The notes under the pieces were generated by a model. It searched no databases, was not told the origin of the DNA, and saw only the letters and a list, made by a program, of their open reading frames with translations. A stretch of DNA of 64,000 nucleotides, taken from NCBI GenBank assembly GCA_038231155.1, contig JBBRLY010000012.1, positions 192,645 through 256,644 on the forward strand, read 5' to 3'. Shown in pieces: positions 1-10,302 of this stretch. Position 1 is the first letter of the stretch; each line of letters opens with the position of its first letter. This DNA is from Candidatus Saccharimonadales bacterium (lineage in GTDB: Bacteria; Patescibacteriota; Saccharimonadia; Saccharimonadales; JANWIN01). The position numbers were made by a program, and so were the translations under genes.

Positions 1-33
1 ACTTAGTTCTTATAAGAAAGGAGTGAACGTCTC

Positions 34-519
34 ATGGCACGCAGTCTCAATCAAGTCAATTTAATGGGGAACCTAACTCGGGACCCGGAACTTAGGCAAA
101 CACCTAACGGTCAGAATGTTTGTAGCTTTAGCTTGGCCCTTAACCGCAGTTATAAAGATAGTAGCGGTGAATGGCAAGAGGTTACCGACTTTATAGATAT
201 TGTAGCCTGGGGACCGTTAGCTGAGCGAATTGCCCAATACTTAAGCAAAGGCCGGCGTTGTCTAGTTGTTGGTCGGTTGCAAAGCCGTAGCTGGGAGCAA
301 GACGGCCTAAAACGCTCTAAGGTAGAAGTTTTGGCAAACGATGTAACGTTCTTAGATAGCCGCGGACCAGGTGGCGGTGATGGCAGTCTTGATCAAACCC
401 CACCGACTGAAAAAGCCCCAGCCGATAAACCCAAACCGTCTAAGAAAACTAAAGAAGAAGATGTACAGATTGAAGATATTGGTGATGAACCGATTAATTT
501 AGATGACATTCCATTTTAA
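34..519 (+). CDS. ssb: single-stranded DNA-binding protein
   Basis: OB-fold SSB sequence (NLMGNLTRDPELRQTPNG), Gly/Pro-rich linker, acidic C-terminal tail ending DDIPF; SD aaaggag upstream. Confidence 0.95.
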   Translation: MARSLNQVNLMGNLTRDPELRQTPNGQNVCSFSLALNRSYKDSSGEWQEVTDFIDIVAWGPLAERIAQYLSKGRRCLVVGRLQSRSWEQDGLKRSKVEVLANDVTFLDSRGPGGGDGSLDQTPPTEKAPADKPKPSKKTKEEDVQIEDIGDEPINLDDIPF

Positions 520-528
520 GGAGATTTT

Positions 529-732
529 ATGGCAAAAATATTTAAGCAAAGAACCGATGTACCATTTTTTGATTACAAAGATTTCAAAACCCTACAGCGT
601 TATGTTAACGTCTATGGGCAAATTGAAACCCGTAAGAAAACCGGTTTAACTGAATCTCAGCAGCGGCGACTAGCTAAGGCTATCAAACGGGCCAGACACA
701 TCGCTCTACTGCCGTTTGTCGCCAATAATTAA
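529..732 (+). CDS. rpsR: 30S ribosomal protein S18
   Basis: 67 aa with conserved S18 core (YKDFKTLQRYV...RRLAKAIKRARHIALLPF); follows ssb as in rpsF-ssb-rpsR operons. Confidence 0.95.
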   Translation: MAKIFKQRTDVPFFDYKDFKTLQRYVNVYGQIETRKKTGLTESQQRRLAKAIKRARHIALLPFVANN

Positions 733-804
733 GAGTATTTTACATATGTTAAACGAAGTGAACGGTGATGCTGAAGGTTTATGTGACGAAGAACGGAAAA
801 ACTA

Positions 805-1368
805 ATGGCATTTGGTGTAACCGATCTTAAAAAAGGCACTGTTTTTCAACTGGACGATGAACCGTACCGGGTGGTTGATTATGCCCAAAAAGTTATGGGC
901 CGGGGAGGAAGCATTGTAAATGTTAAGATTAAAAGTTTAATAGACGGAAAAGTATTATCTAAAACATTTAAAGGCAATGAGCATTTAGAACCGGCAGATG
1001 TCACAAATAAGAATGTTCAATATTTATATAATGATGCTAATAAATTCTACTTTATGGATAGTGATAGCTATGAGCAGTTTGAACTGGATAGCGACGCGAT
1101 TGCTAACCAAGCCGGCTATCTGAAAGAAGGCGATAATGTGGCTGCCCAACTATTTAACGACCAAGTCATAACTATTGAACTTCCCAAAAACGTACCATTA
1201 AAAGTAAGTTATACAGAAGCAGCAGTTAAAGGTGATACTAGTTCGTCAATAACTAAGAACGCCCAATTGGAAACCGGTATAACCGTTAAAGTACCGGCCT
1301 TTATTAATCGTGGTGACGTAATTAGCGTTGATACTAATAGTGGTGCTTATCGTGAACGCCTCAAGTAA
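805..1368 (+). CDS. efp: elongation factor P
   Basis: 187 aa; EF-P N-terminal motif GTVFQLDDEPYRVVDYAQKVMGRGGSIVNVKIK and three-domain length. Confidence 0.95.
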   Translation: MAFGVTDLKKGTVFQLDDEPYRVVDYAQKVMGRGGSIVNVKIKSLIDGKVLSKTFKGNEHLEPADVTNKNVQYLYNDANKFYFMDSDSYEQFELDSDAIANQAGYLKEGDNVAAQLFNDQVITIELPKNVPLKVSYTEAAVKGDTSSSITKNAQLETGITVKVPAFINRGDVISVDTNSGAYRERLK

Positions 1369-1429
1369 AAATATAGTTGACGTACAACTTGCAACTGAGC
1401 AGCAAATATATCCTCGCAAAACCGAATAT

Positions 1430-1888
1430 ATGGTAGCTTTTTTGCTTGACTCTAAACTGCCTAATGGTAGCTTTATGCGCTGGCCGCTACATATAACCAT
1501 CGTTCCTTGGTTTGAAATAGATGACCCAAGTAATGCTATAGAAGTTTTTAATAAAGTCTGCATAGCTCATAAACCTTTTTCAGTTTTAGTAGGGGAACCT
1601 ACCTACCTCGGACCAAGACAAACTATAGACGTAAACATTATCGAGAAATCTCATCCGCTAGACAGTTTACATCGCGATCTAATTGATGATCTAGAGACGG
1701 CTCAAGTACGTTTTAAAAGTAGTAAATATATTGGCGATAACTACCAGCCGCATATTACCAAAAAGAGTTATGCTAGGGTGCAGCCAGGATACCATTTAAA
1801 AATAAAAAGTCTATATTTTTTAGAAGCTCCGGTTGCCAATAAACTTTCGCGTTTAAAAAAAGTAATATCGGTCGGACATTTAAATTGA
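1430..1888 (+). CDS. 2H phosphoesterase superfamily protein (LigT-like)
   Basis: Two HxTx motifs (HITI, HITK) spaced as in 2H phosphoesterases. Started at ATG 1430 because the 1328 ORF extension overlaps efp. Confidence 0.55.
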   Translation: MVAFLLDSKLPNGSFMRWPLHITIVPWFEIDDPSNAIEVFNKVCIAHKPFSVLVGEPTYLGPRQTIDVNIIEKSHPLDSLHRDLIDDLETAQVRFKSSKYIGDNYQPHITKKSYARVQPGYHLKIKSLYFLEAPVANKLSRLKKVISVGHLN

Positions 1889-2607
1889 AGCTTAGGCTAG
1901 ATCGGGCCCTGGTGACACGAGCCCTAGCGACTACACGCAGCCAAGCCGAAAGCCTGGTAAAACTGGGGCAGGTTAAAGTTAATGGCCAGGTGCTTAAAAA
2001 CCCCGAGCAGTTGGTTAAACCAACCGATAAGCTTGAACTATTGATTAAAGAACAGTACGTATCAAGAGCGGCTTTAAAACTGGCTTCTGTAGCTCAACAA
2101 TTTAAGCTGGATTTTAAAAATACGGTTGTACTTGACGTCGGCTCTTCGACTGGTGGATTTACGGACTTTGCCCTGCGTGGTGGAGCTAAACAAGTAATTG
2201 CCGTAGACGTTGGAAGCCATCAAATGCATCCCAAACTGCGAACTGATCCGCGCCTGCAACTGCACGAGCAAACTGACATCCGAAATTTCAAAAAAGAGGG
2301 GAGTTATCAACTTGATATAGTGCTAGTAGATGTTTCATTTATTTCGCTAACTAAGATTTTAATCCATATTAAGCAGCTCTTAGAACCTCGTACTCAACTT
2401 GTTGCAATGACTAAACCGCAGTTTGAAACGCAGGTTAGCTCGCTTAAAAACCAAGGTGTTATTAAAAATGAACGAGTCCGACGGCAGATTATCAAACAGT
2501 TTGAAGGCTGGGTACAAAATTATTACAAAGTCATCGATAAGGCTGATTCAAAAGTTAGCGGTCAAAAAGGTAATCTAGAGCGATTTTATTTACTTAAAAA
2601 GCTTTGA
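1885..2607 (+). CDS. tlyA: TlyA-family rRNA 2'-O-methyltransferase (S4 domain + FtsJ-like MTase)
   Basis: S4-like N-terminus (LDRALVTRALATTRSQAESLVKLGQVKVNG) then SAM motif VLDVGSSTGGFTDFAL; TTG start overlapping the upstream stop. Confidence 0.85.
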   Translation: MKLRLDRALVTRALATTRSQAESLVKLGQVKVNGQVLKNPEQLVKPTDKLELLIKEQYVSRAALKLASVAQQFKLDFKNTVVLDVGSSTGGFTDFALRGGAKQVIAVDVGSHQMHPKLRTDPRLQLHEQTDIRNFKKEGSYQLDIVLVDVSFISLTKILIHIKQLLEPRTQLVAMTKPQFETQVSSLKNQGVIKNERVRRQIIKQFEGWVQNYYKVIDKADSKVSGQKGNLERFYLLKKL

Positions 2608-2609
2608 AG

Positions 2610-3257
2610 TTAAAGGTAAGTCCTTAACTTTTTAACATCCGGCAATATGATATATGGTGGTTCCAATTTAACTAGACCTTTACGTTCTAAATAAGCCAAT
2701 TCTCGGCTGGCAGTTTCTCGACTGGCGTTTATGGAGCTAGCGACATCTTGCTGCCTAAGCGGTACATTAATCAATAGACTTTCATCTCTTTTATCGCCAA
2801 AACGCGTTGACATGGTTAATAGGAATGAAATTAGTCTTTCGCGAACTGTTCTATATTGTAAATTTAATATTCGTTCAGAGTGTCGCCTGTACATTTCTAT
2901 AGACATATCGACTAGCGGTTTCAAGGCGTCGGCATGACTGCCTATGTATGTCATATAGTCATCGCGGCTGATACGCCAAACTGTGGTAGGGCAGAGGGTT
3001 TGATAAATAATACTGCGTTCCTGGCCGGTAATCGCCCATATCAGCGGAAATATTTCACTTTTTTGACGAATAATTAAAAGATTTTCTTCTCCGTACTTAC
3101 TTATATTAAAAGCTTTTACTAAACCTTTTTCTATAAAAAAGACACCCGAAGGTGCCTCACCTGGACGAAGAATGTATTCGCCCTTTTGATAGGTAAGTTT
3201 TGTTCCACGTTTAAATGCTGCCACTAGTGCTGCAACTTGTTTAGGGCTTGCCAGCAT
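2610..3257 (-). CDS. Crp/Fnr family transcriptional regulator
   Basis: N-terminal cNMP-binding-like barrel and C-terminal HTH (RETASRELAYLERKGLV). Confidence 0.8.
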   Translation of the reverse strand: MLASPKQVAALVAAFKRGTKLTYQKGEYILRPGEAPSGVFFIEKGLVKAFNISKYGEENLLIIRQKSEIFPLIWAITGQERSIIYQTLCPTTVWRISRDDYMTYIGSHADALKPLVDMSIEMYRRHSERILNLQYRTVRERLISFLLTMSTRFGDKRDESLLINVPLRQQDVASSINASRETASRELAYLERKGLVKLEPPYIILPDVKKLRTYL

Positions 3258-3369
3258 ATCAACAATATTGTCTCATAAAAAGTCCTTTTATCCAAAAACT
3301 GTGATATAAATCCCATCTATTGCGTGATCAATATAACTGTGCGTTTTAAAAAAGTAGCGCATCATATAG

Positions 3370-4086
3370 ATGTCAAAGAAAGATTGGGGGCAAAAAATGA
3401 AAGCCTTAGGTGAAATTGAACTTGAACTCAGTCGTTTAGGAGTCCACAACCGATTTTGGGGCAAGCCCGAGATCAATGAACTGGAGAATATTTTAAATCA
3501 CGAAGAAAAAATAGCTAAAGCTGTAAACGGTCGCTATAACGGAGGTTTTTGCTTAGTAGTCGCTACTGACAGACGGCTGCTATTAATTGACAAGAAAATG
3601 TGGTTTTTGAGCATTGAAGACGTTAGGTTTGATATGATCTCAGAGCTGGATTACTGTGCTCGATTACTTGACTCCACTCTATCTGTTAGAACTATCAACA
3701 AGATAATGAGAGTAACGTCCATAAGGCAAAAAATGCTACGCCAACTTACCGGATACTTGCAAGATCGAGTAATGGAACTGCGCCAGATGTCTATTCAAAC
3801 AGACGGCGGGCAGCACCTTCCACAAGTAGTTACCCAAAGCTTACCGTATATACCGGTGTTGTCATCACAGGCACCGCTTGTCACTGAAGCTCAGCCATTA
3901 GCCCAACAACAACAGCAGCCATTTCATATTGAACAGCCGGCTGCGCCGGCGGCATTACCTTCCAACCAGCAATTTTACACTACTACTCCTATTAGTTTAC
4001 CGCGTACCAGAAGCCTGCGTAGAATCGGATCTTATCCTACGTCCTCACTAACTATGCAACATATGCAGAGGCGTATTGCGCCGTAA
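3370..4086 (+). CDS. bacterial PH-domain (YokE/bPH-like) protein with Q/P-rich tail
   Basis: Segment GGFCLVVATDRRLLLIDKKMWFLSIEDVRFDMISELDY resembles bacterial PH domains; low-complexity C-terminus. Confidence 0.5.
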   Translation: MSKKDWGQKMKALGEIELELSRLGVHNRFWGKPEINELENILNHEEKIAKAVNGRYNGGFCLVVATDRRLLLIDKKMWFLSIEDVRFDMISELDYCARLLDSTLSVRTINKIMRVTSIRQKMLRQLTGYLQDRVMELRQMSIQTDGGQHLPQVVTQSLPYIPVLSSQAPLVTEAQPLAQQQQQPFHIEQPAAPAALPSNQQFYTTTPISLPRTRSLRRIGSYPTSSLTMQHMQRRIAP

Positions 4087-4211
4087 CTCATAAAACTAAC
4101 GAGAGTTTTAAATCATAAGATTACCTGACCAATTGTTAAACAATTAAGGCTTTATAGCTAATTGATACATTGGTTTAACGGGTGAGTCTAAATAGCCAGA
4201 TTTAACATGAT

Positions 4212-4883
4212 ATGCTGGTTGAGTATATGTATTTTAGTGATCGAGTCCAAGCTGGAAAAATGCTGGCCGACCAAATGGTCAAATTCAGCAATCAAAACTG
4301 CGCAATTATTGCCTTAACACGTGGGGCAGTATTAGTAGCCGAACAAATCGCTTTAAATATTCATGCTAGTTTAATGATTTTACTTAGCGAAAAGATCTAT
4401 CTTCCAGGGGAATCTGATGCCTTGGCTGGTATGACAGCTGATAATACTTTTACATATAATAATATGTTTTCGGCTGGTGAACTGGAGGAGATGGTTGGTG
4501 AATATTTTACATACATTGCCCAGCGTCGAATGGAGAATAATCACCGACTACATTCAATATTGACAGGGGAAGGTGAAATTAATAAAGATCTACTTAGAAA
4601 CCATATCGTTATTTTAGTATCGGATGGACTAGCTAACGGCTTTTCCCTTGATATCGCAGCTGACTATCTTAAGTCAATCAAGATTAAAAGACTAGTCATG
4701 GCGGTACCAATAGCTAGCCGTGATGCTGTAGATCGCATGCATCTAGTTAGTGATGAATTTTTCTGTCTAAGCATTCCTGGAGACTTCTTTACGGTTGATC
4801 ATTACTACGACGAGAATAAAATTCCAACCCCGGAAGAAATCGTGAGAATCATTAAAGATACACCGCTACATTGGGCAAAGTAA
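4212..4883 (+). CDS. predicted phosphoribosyltransferase-like protein
   Basis: MYFSDRVQAGKMLA N-terminus and ILVSDGLANG PRPP-loop-like motif; alternative start at ATG 4227. Confidence 0.6.
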   Translation: MLVEYMYFSDRVQAGKMLADQMVKFSNQNCAIIALTRGAVLVAEQIALNIHASLMILLSEKIYLPGESDALAGMTADNTFTYNNMFSAGELEEMVGEYFTYIAQRRMENNHRLHSILTGEGEINKDLLRNHIVILVSDGLANGFSLDIAADYLKSIKIKRLVMAVPIASRDAVDRMHLVSDEFFCLSIPGDFFTVDHYYDENKIPTPEEIVRIIKDTPLHWAK

Positions 4884-4900
4884 GCTAAATAGCTAAGTTT

Positions 4901-5986
4901 TTAAACGTTAAAGCGAAACTCGACAACATCATCGGGCTGCATAATATAATTTTTGCCTTCAGTGCGGACTTTACCAGCCTCTTTGGCAGCAGTCTTTGAT
5001 CCAGCACTAACTAGGTCTTTATAGCTTACAACTTCTGCCGCAATAAAACCTTTTTCAAAATCTGTATGAATTGCTGCGGCGGCTTGGGGTGCTGTACTAT
5101 TTTTAGCAATTGTCCAAGCCCGAACTTCTTTAGGCCCAGCTGTCAAATAACTTTGTAAGTTAAGTACATCATAAGCAGCGTGTATAAGTTGGACTAGACT
5201 GGATTGGTCTTGACCATAACTAAGTAACAACTCCTGCCGATCGTTTTCATCAAGTTCCAATAATTCACTCTCCAACTTGGCATTTACAAATAGGGCAATA
5301 CTGGGCGCAACTAGACCAGATAGGGCGTCTTTTTTAGATGTATTTGCCAAGGTTTCTTCATCAACATTAAACATATAAATTACCGGCTTAGCACTTAAAA
5401 GCTGTAATTTAGTCAAAATATTACTACCAGCTACCAACTGATCCTGGTTTTTTGATAGGAGTTCACCATTACCAAGTATTGTCTTAATTTTCTGCAAGGC
5501 TTCCAACTGGGGATTTAGCTTTGGATTAGACTTAGCTTCTTTTTGGAGCTTTGGCAAATGCCTTTCAATGGTATGTAAGTCGGCTAACACTAGCTCAGTG
5601 TTAACAATTTCTATATCGCGGCTTGGGCTATGTAGGTTATCTACATGGGTGACGTTGGCATCCGAAAAAGCTCTAACCACCTGACAAATTGCTTGGCAAG
5701 AGCGAATATGCGCCAAAAACTGATTACCTAAGCCTTCACCCTGGCTGGCACCAGCCACTAGTCCGGCAATATCGACAAACTTCATGGAGGCCGGAATAAT
5801 TTTCTCTGTGTTATAAATCTTAGCCAAATGCGACAATCTGTCATCAGGAATCGGAACTATTCCGGTATTGGGTTCAATGGTGGCAAAAGGATAGTTAGCT
5901 GCCAAGACGTGATCATTAGTCAAGCCATTAAAAAGTGTAGATTTACCTACATTTGGAAGTCCAACTATTCCAATCGATAAATTCAT
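4901..5986 (-). CDS. ychF: redox-regulated ATPase YchF
   Basis: P-loop GLPNVGKSTLFN, 361 aa, conserved YchF C-terminal (TGS-like) region ending VVEFRFNV. Confidence 0.95.
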   Translation of the reverse strand: MNLSIGIVGLPNVGKSTLFNGLTNDHVLAANYPFATIEPNTGIVPIPDDRLSHLAKIYNTEKIIPASMKFVDIAGLVAGASQGEGLGNQFLAHIRSCQAICQVVRAFSDANVTHVDNLHSPSRDIEIVNTELVLADLHTIERHLPKLQKEAKSNPKLNPQLEALQKIKTILGNGELLSKNQDQLVAGSNILTKLQLLSAKPVIYMFNVDEETLANTSKKDALSGLVAPSIALFVNAKLESELLELDENDRQELLLSYGQDQSSLVQLIHAAYDVLNLQSYLTAGPKEVRAWTIAKNSTAPQAAAAIHTDFEKGFIAAEVVSYKDLVSAGSKTAAKEAGKVRTEGKNYIMQPDDVVEFRFNV

Positions 5987-6070
5987 AGTTGTATTGTATA
6001 GGGAATTTAACCATATATTTTAATTTTACTAGAAGAATGCTTATGGTAATATGGAACCAAGACAAAGGCT

Positions 6071-6664
6071 ATGAATAAAGACAATTCTGTTATCGGTGAC
6101 CTTAATGTTGGTGGGTTTAGAAGACTTAGTAACTATTTTAAGTCTCATAAAAACGCAGCCTCACTTTTAGGTATGCTGTTAATAGTAATTGTTTTAGTAG
6201 GTGGCATCATCATACGGAATCAGTATCGTTCAAGACAAGATTCCATTGTGAATCAAGCTATGGCATTTCAAGATATGATCAAACATGAAACAGCTATTAG
6301 AAACCTTCATCAGGAAGTTGCTGCTAGAAAAATATTAACTGATTTTCTTGCCCAGTATCCTAATAACAATAATAAATTACAGTTAAACCAAATATATACT
6401 GAACTAGCTGCTAGTTTTGAATCGAGCGGTGATACCAAATCGGCTGAACAGTGGCAAACAAAAGCTTTTGCTAACGCTTCCAACTTAACTTATGCTGATT
6501 ATTATAACTTGGCCGGTATCTGTCAGCAAAATGGCGATAAAGCTTGCGCAATTACTAACTTTAATAAGGCACTTGACCTTTTAAAACAGAACAAAAATAC
6601 TCCGCCGACTAATCAAGCCCTTCAGGTATATATTAATGGCCAGCTAATGGTACTCAAACAATGA
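6071..6664 (+). CDS. membrane-anchored helical-repeat (TPR-like) protein
   Basis: One N-terminal TM helix then a helical region; stop overlaps the next start by 4 nt. Confidence 0.4.
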   Translation: MNKDNSVIGDLNVGGFRRLSNYFKSHKNAASLLGMLLIVIVLVGGIIIRNQYRSRQDSIVNQAMAFQDMIKHETAIRNLHQEVAARKILTDFLAQYPNNNNKLQLNQIYTELAASFESSGDTKSAEQWQTKAFANASNLTYADYYNLAGICQQNGDKACAITNFNKALDLLKQNKNTPPTNQALQVYINGQLMVLKQ

Positions 6665-9027
6665 GGAATAGAAATTTGAAAAAATTTTGGATATTCGGCT
6701 TTGCTATCGTACTTAGCTTTAGCTTAATTTTAATGACTCAAAAAACTGCTCATGCCGAGTATGAAAACGATGCTTCTAATTGTAATAGCACCAGAATATT
6801 TTTTAATCGAGCAATGTGCCAAACTTACTTTGACAATTATGATCCGTGCAGTGCCTTAAATCCTGCAGGTGACGATGATTATGTTGCGGGTTGCCCAAGT
6901 GCAGTTGTATCTTTCACCTGGCCAACTGGCTATCCCAGCATTGGTTGGGACACGGCTGCCCAATTTGAGCGATTTGTAACTGGTGGAATAAACGGCTGTG
7001 ATTTCCCCAGGTATGCTCTACCTCCAGCTAATCCAATGTCATGTAATCTTACTCAGCTTTTGAGTGCAGTTGGTAATGCCATGATAGTTGAGACTATGCT
7101 TGGGAACAATTTATCAGGTTGTACGGGTGCGGCTTCGGGTTGCGCGCAAGCCGGTATTATTAAAGCCAGAGCAGATTTAGTTGCCTGGAGCTCAATTGTA
7201 AACAGTTATGAAACTGCATCTCGGATAACATGGAAACAATCTATAGCTTGGAATAGTCCCAGCTTAGTTAACTGTAATGCTGGAGCTGGGATGCTAGGGG
7301 CAAATCCGGGACGTTCAGATACTTTAGGTATAGCACAGGGTTTTACAATTGATACGGACACTTATTGTAATACAAGCCCTAGCCTTGCTGACTACATAGT
7401 TTTCAATAATCCAGATGGCAGTTTTTTTAGAATAAGCCGTACTTGCGGAAATATAACCGGAACTGCCTCACCATTAACCTTAATATCTCCAGATCGATTC
7501 TTAATTACGCCGGACTCCTTTGCCAAATTAACAAATAATATTGATGCGGCTGAAAATGAGATTCCTACCAAAGTGCACTTTTTCGCTACAGCAACAGCAT
7601 CTCCACCATCACCTCGTTCCGTAAATAACATAACTTTGACGATAAAATATACTCTCGAAAAATACGGAGTTCCTATAACGCCTTTCGGCCCAGGTACTGT
7701 AACGGTACATGTTCCGAATGTACCTAAGAGTTCAGCATTTTTTTCGACTCCCGATGTTAATTATGCATTACCGCCAGGCTTAGTGGCTGGAGACAAATTG
7801 TGCGAGACAACAATAGCTGATCCTGGTAGTGGAACACTTGATCGTGCCGGAAATGTAATAACTAGTGCTGGACCGTCTCCACCCGTAAAAAAATGCGACA
7901 CGGTAGTTAACAAACCATATCTTAGGACTTACGGCGGAGACGTGATTGCCGGACGACGAAATTGTCCGGCTTGGGGAGTTGATACTAGTCCAAATATTAA
8001 AGCTTACACCAGAGGTATAAATGGTAGTGGAAGTCAACTGGGCGTTTTAGCACTTGGGGGTGTTACTGGCGGTAGTGGAAGCCTTGGTAATGACCCGTCT
8101 AATCCTTTCAATAGCGCTCAACTGAGTTCTAATTTTCCGAACCCACCATTCCCTAAATTTGCTGGTCTGAGTTTTGCAAATGATAAAGGTACGGGTGGCG
8201 AACCAAATCCCCAAGTTCCGCCAGGGACATTTAACGAAGATCACTGCCCAGCAGATTTCTTCGGTTTCTATACTCAACAAGGAGCTTTACCACCTTTAGT
8301 GACCCCTCCAAGCAATAATATCGATTTACAATCCGTTACTACTGGTATTTACTACTATAAACCAAGCACTAGTCCATTTTCGCTAGGTAAAGTGCTATCA
8401 AATGCCGTGGGATTAGGTGATGTTCCAGCAAATCCATGGACGAAAATAGTAGTAATAGTTAACGGGAAAGATGTATATATTGATAAAAACATTCAGTATT
8501 TCCAATCTTCAAATGGAAGAAAAAACTGGCAGATTGTCAACGGTAAATCGCTTGATTACCATATGGAATCATTTATGTTGATTGTCAATGGTGGAAACAT
8601 CTATATAGATAAATCAGTAACTAATCTAGCTGGTACTTATGTAGCCCAACCAGTCGCTCCATTTCCTACTGGAGGAGCTATTTATACTTGTTCGGACAAT
8701 AGAAAAGCGGAGCCAGCCAATGTTTACAAACCACCCGGGGGAGATCTCAATTTAATTAGCGATTGTGGCACTCAACTTACTGTCGACGGAGCATTGGTTG
8801 CCAATAATGTTATATGGCAGCGCACTTACGGCAGCTTGCGTGATAGTAAAGGTGCTAGTGAATACCCAGCTGGTGCTATACAAACTTGCTATAACGCAAT
8901 GAGTCCAACTTGTGCTGCCGAAGTCACTGACTTTACACCTGCAACCTATATGACAGTACCAGCATTACCAAGTACGACAGTAGATACACCTCTAGACTAC
9001 CTAAACACATTGGAACCAATATTTTAG
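6661..9027 (+). CDS. large secreted protein of unknown function
   Basis: 788 aa uninterrupted ORF, N-terminal signal/TM (FWIFGFAIVLSFSLILMTQKTAHA), Cys-rich N-domain; directly upstream of the pil operon. Confidence 0.6.
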   Translation: MRNRNLKKFWIFGFAIVLSFSLILMTQKTAHAEYENDASNCNSTRIFFNRAMCQTYFDNYDPCSALNPAGDDDYVAGCPSAVVSFTWPTGYPSIGWDTAAQFERFVTGGINGCDFPRYALPPANPMSCNLTQLLSAVGNAMIVETMLGNNLSGCTGAASGCAQAGIIKARADLVAWSSIVNSYETASRITWKQSIAWNSPSLVNCNAGAGMLGANPGRSDTLGIAQGFTIDTDTYCNTSPSLADYIVFNNPDGSFFRISRTCGNITGTASPLTLISPDRFLITPDSFAKLTNNIDAAENEIPTKVHFFATATASPPSPRSVNNITLTIKYTLEKYGVPITPFGPGTVTVHVPNVPKSSAFFSTPDVNYALPPGLVAGDKLCETTIADPGSGTLDRAGNVITSAGPSPPVKKCDTVVNKPYLRTYGGDVIAGRRNCPAWGVDTSPNIKAYTRGINGSGSQLGVLALGGVTGGSGSLGNDPSNPFNSAQLSSNFPNPPFPKFAGLSFANDKGTGGEPNPQVPPGTFNEDHCPADFFGFYTQQGALPPLVTPPSNNIDLQSVTTGIYYYKPSTSPFSLGKVLSNAVGLGDVPANPWTKIVVIVNGKDVYIDKNIQYFQSSNGRKNWQIVNGKSLDYHMESFMLIVNGGNIYIDKSVTNLAGTYVAQPVAPFPTGGAIYTCSDNRKAEPANVYKPPGGDLNLISDCGTQLTVDGALVANNVIWQRTYGSLRDSKGASEYPAGAIQTCYNAMSPTCAAEVTDFTPATYMTVPALPSTTVDTPLDYLNTLEPIF

Positions 9028-9064
9028 CTGTAAAAGGCGATAAAGGTTTGGTTTTTTCAAATGA

Positions 9065-9078
9065 GCTTATGCTATAAT
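9065..9078 (+). promoter_or_regulatory. extended -10 promoter GCTTATGCTATAAT (pil operon)
   Basis: TGcTATAAT extended -10; the same 13-14 nt motif recurs at 17655 and 33312. Confidence 0.5.
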
Positions 9079-9239
9079 CATGTCAAACCCATGATACCTG
9101 TTAAAGCTCTTGGTGGGCATTACCAAACAAAAATCAATGCGCTTGGGGTTAATTCAGTTCTACAGGCTGAAAACCAACGGCAGTCTTTTTGCTTTCCATT
9201 AGCGTCTAAATCAGACCCTTATTCCGAGGGAGCTATGTA

Positions 9240-10280
9240 ATGAGTTTACTGAGTGGGATATCTGAATTTTTTGGACTGGATATCGGAACTACTGCCCTTC
9301 GAATTGTGGAACTAAGAGGTTCAGGCAAGGTCAAAGCTTTAACCAAATACGCTTTTCTACCAGTTGACAGTAAGATTGCCTTAAGTGATGCCAAATCCGA
9401 CCACCAAAAGCTTATGCAGTCGCTACAGAATTTACTTTCACAAGCTCATGTCACAACACGTAATGTTGCCGTAGGGTTACCTTCCAGCCGAGTGTTTACT
9501 ACAGTGGTAGATATTGATCGACTCAGTGAAAATGAAATAGCCCAATCCATTCAGTATCAGGCCGACTCATTAATTCCTACACCGGTGGCTGATTCCAAAA
9601 TTGACTGGGCCTTACTCGGTGATTCACCAAAAGATAAAACCAAAATAGAAATACTGTTAACCAGTATTACTAATCAATTTATTGAAGACCGTCTAGACAT
9701 GTTGGAATCAATTGGTCTTAACGTTGTAGCTTTTGAACCCGATAATATGGCAATTACCAGGGCCTTAATTGCCGCTAACGCTACTGGACCGCAAATGGTG
9801 CTAGATATTGGTAGCCGATCTACGGATTTGGTTATAAGTATGAATGGAGCACCCCGCTTATCCCGCTCGATACCGGCCGGTACCGATTCTATTCTGAAAG
9901 CCGCCGCCCAAAATCTAAGCATTGACGATAATCAAGCACAACAGTTTGTATTTAAATTTGGCTTAAGTCAAGACAAGCTTGAGGGACAGATCTACCACGC
10001 CATTATTGGGACAGTTGATTTACTAGTCATTGAAATAGAAAAATCTATTAAGTTCTTCCAAGCCCGTTATCCGGCAACAAACATTGAACGGATAATTCTA
10101 GCCGGTGGAGCAGCTACTTTACCAGAATTTCCAGTTTATGTGGCTAATAAGTTTGGTATTAATGTCGAAATAGGTAATGCTTGGCGTAACGTATCTTTCC
10201 CAGCCAGCCGTCAGAATGAACTGCTAGCTGTATCTAACAATTTTGCGGTGGCTGCCGGTCTAGCGGAGAGAGAATCATGA
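9240..10280 (+). CDS. pilM: type IV pilus assembly protein PilM
   Basis: Actin-like ATPase N-terminus FFGLDIGTTALRIVEL, about 346 aa, first gene of the pilMNO block. Confidence 0.85.
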   Translation: MSLLSGISEFFGLDIGTTALRIVELRGSGKVKALTKYAFLPVDSKIALSDAKSDHQKLMQSLQNLLSQAHVTTRNVAVGLPSSRVFTTVVDIDRLSENEIAQSIQYQADSLIPTPVADSKIDWALLGDSPKDKTKIEILLTSITNQFIEDRLDMLESIGLNVVAFEPDNMAITRALIAANATGPQMVLDIGSRSTDLVISMNGAPRLSRSIPAGTDSILKAAAQNLSIDDNQAQQFVFKFGLSQDKLEGQIYHAIIGTVDLLVIEIEKSIKFFQARYPATNIERIILAGGAATLPEFPVYVANKFGINVEIGNAWRNVSFPASRQNELLAVSNNFAVAAGLAERES

Positions 10281-10302
10281 TAAAAAGTGGAGTACATGTC
10301 TG

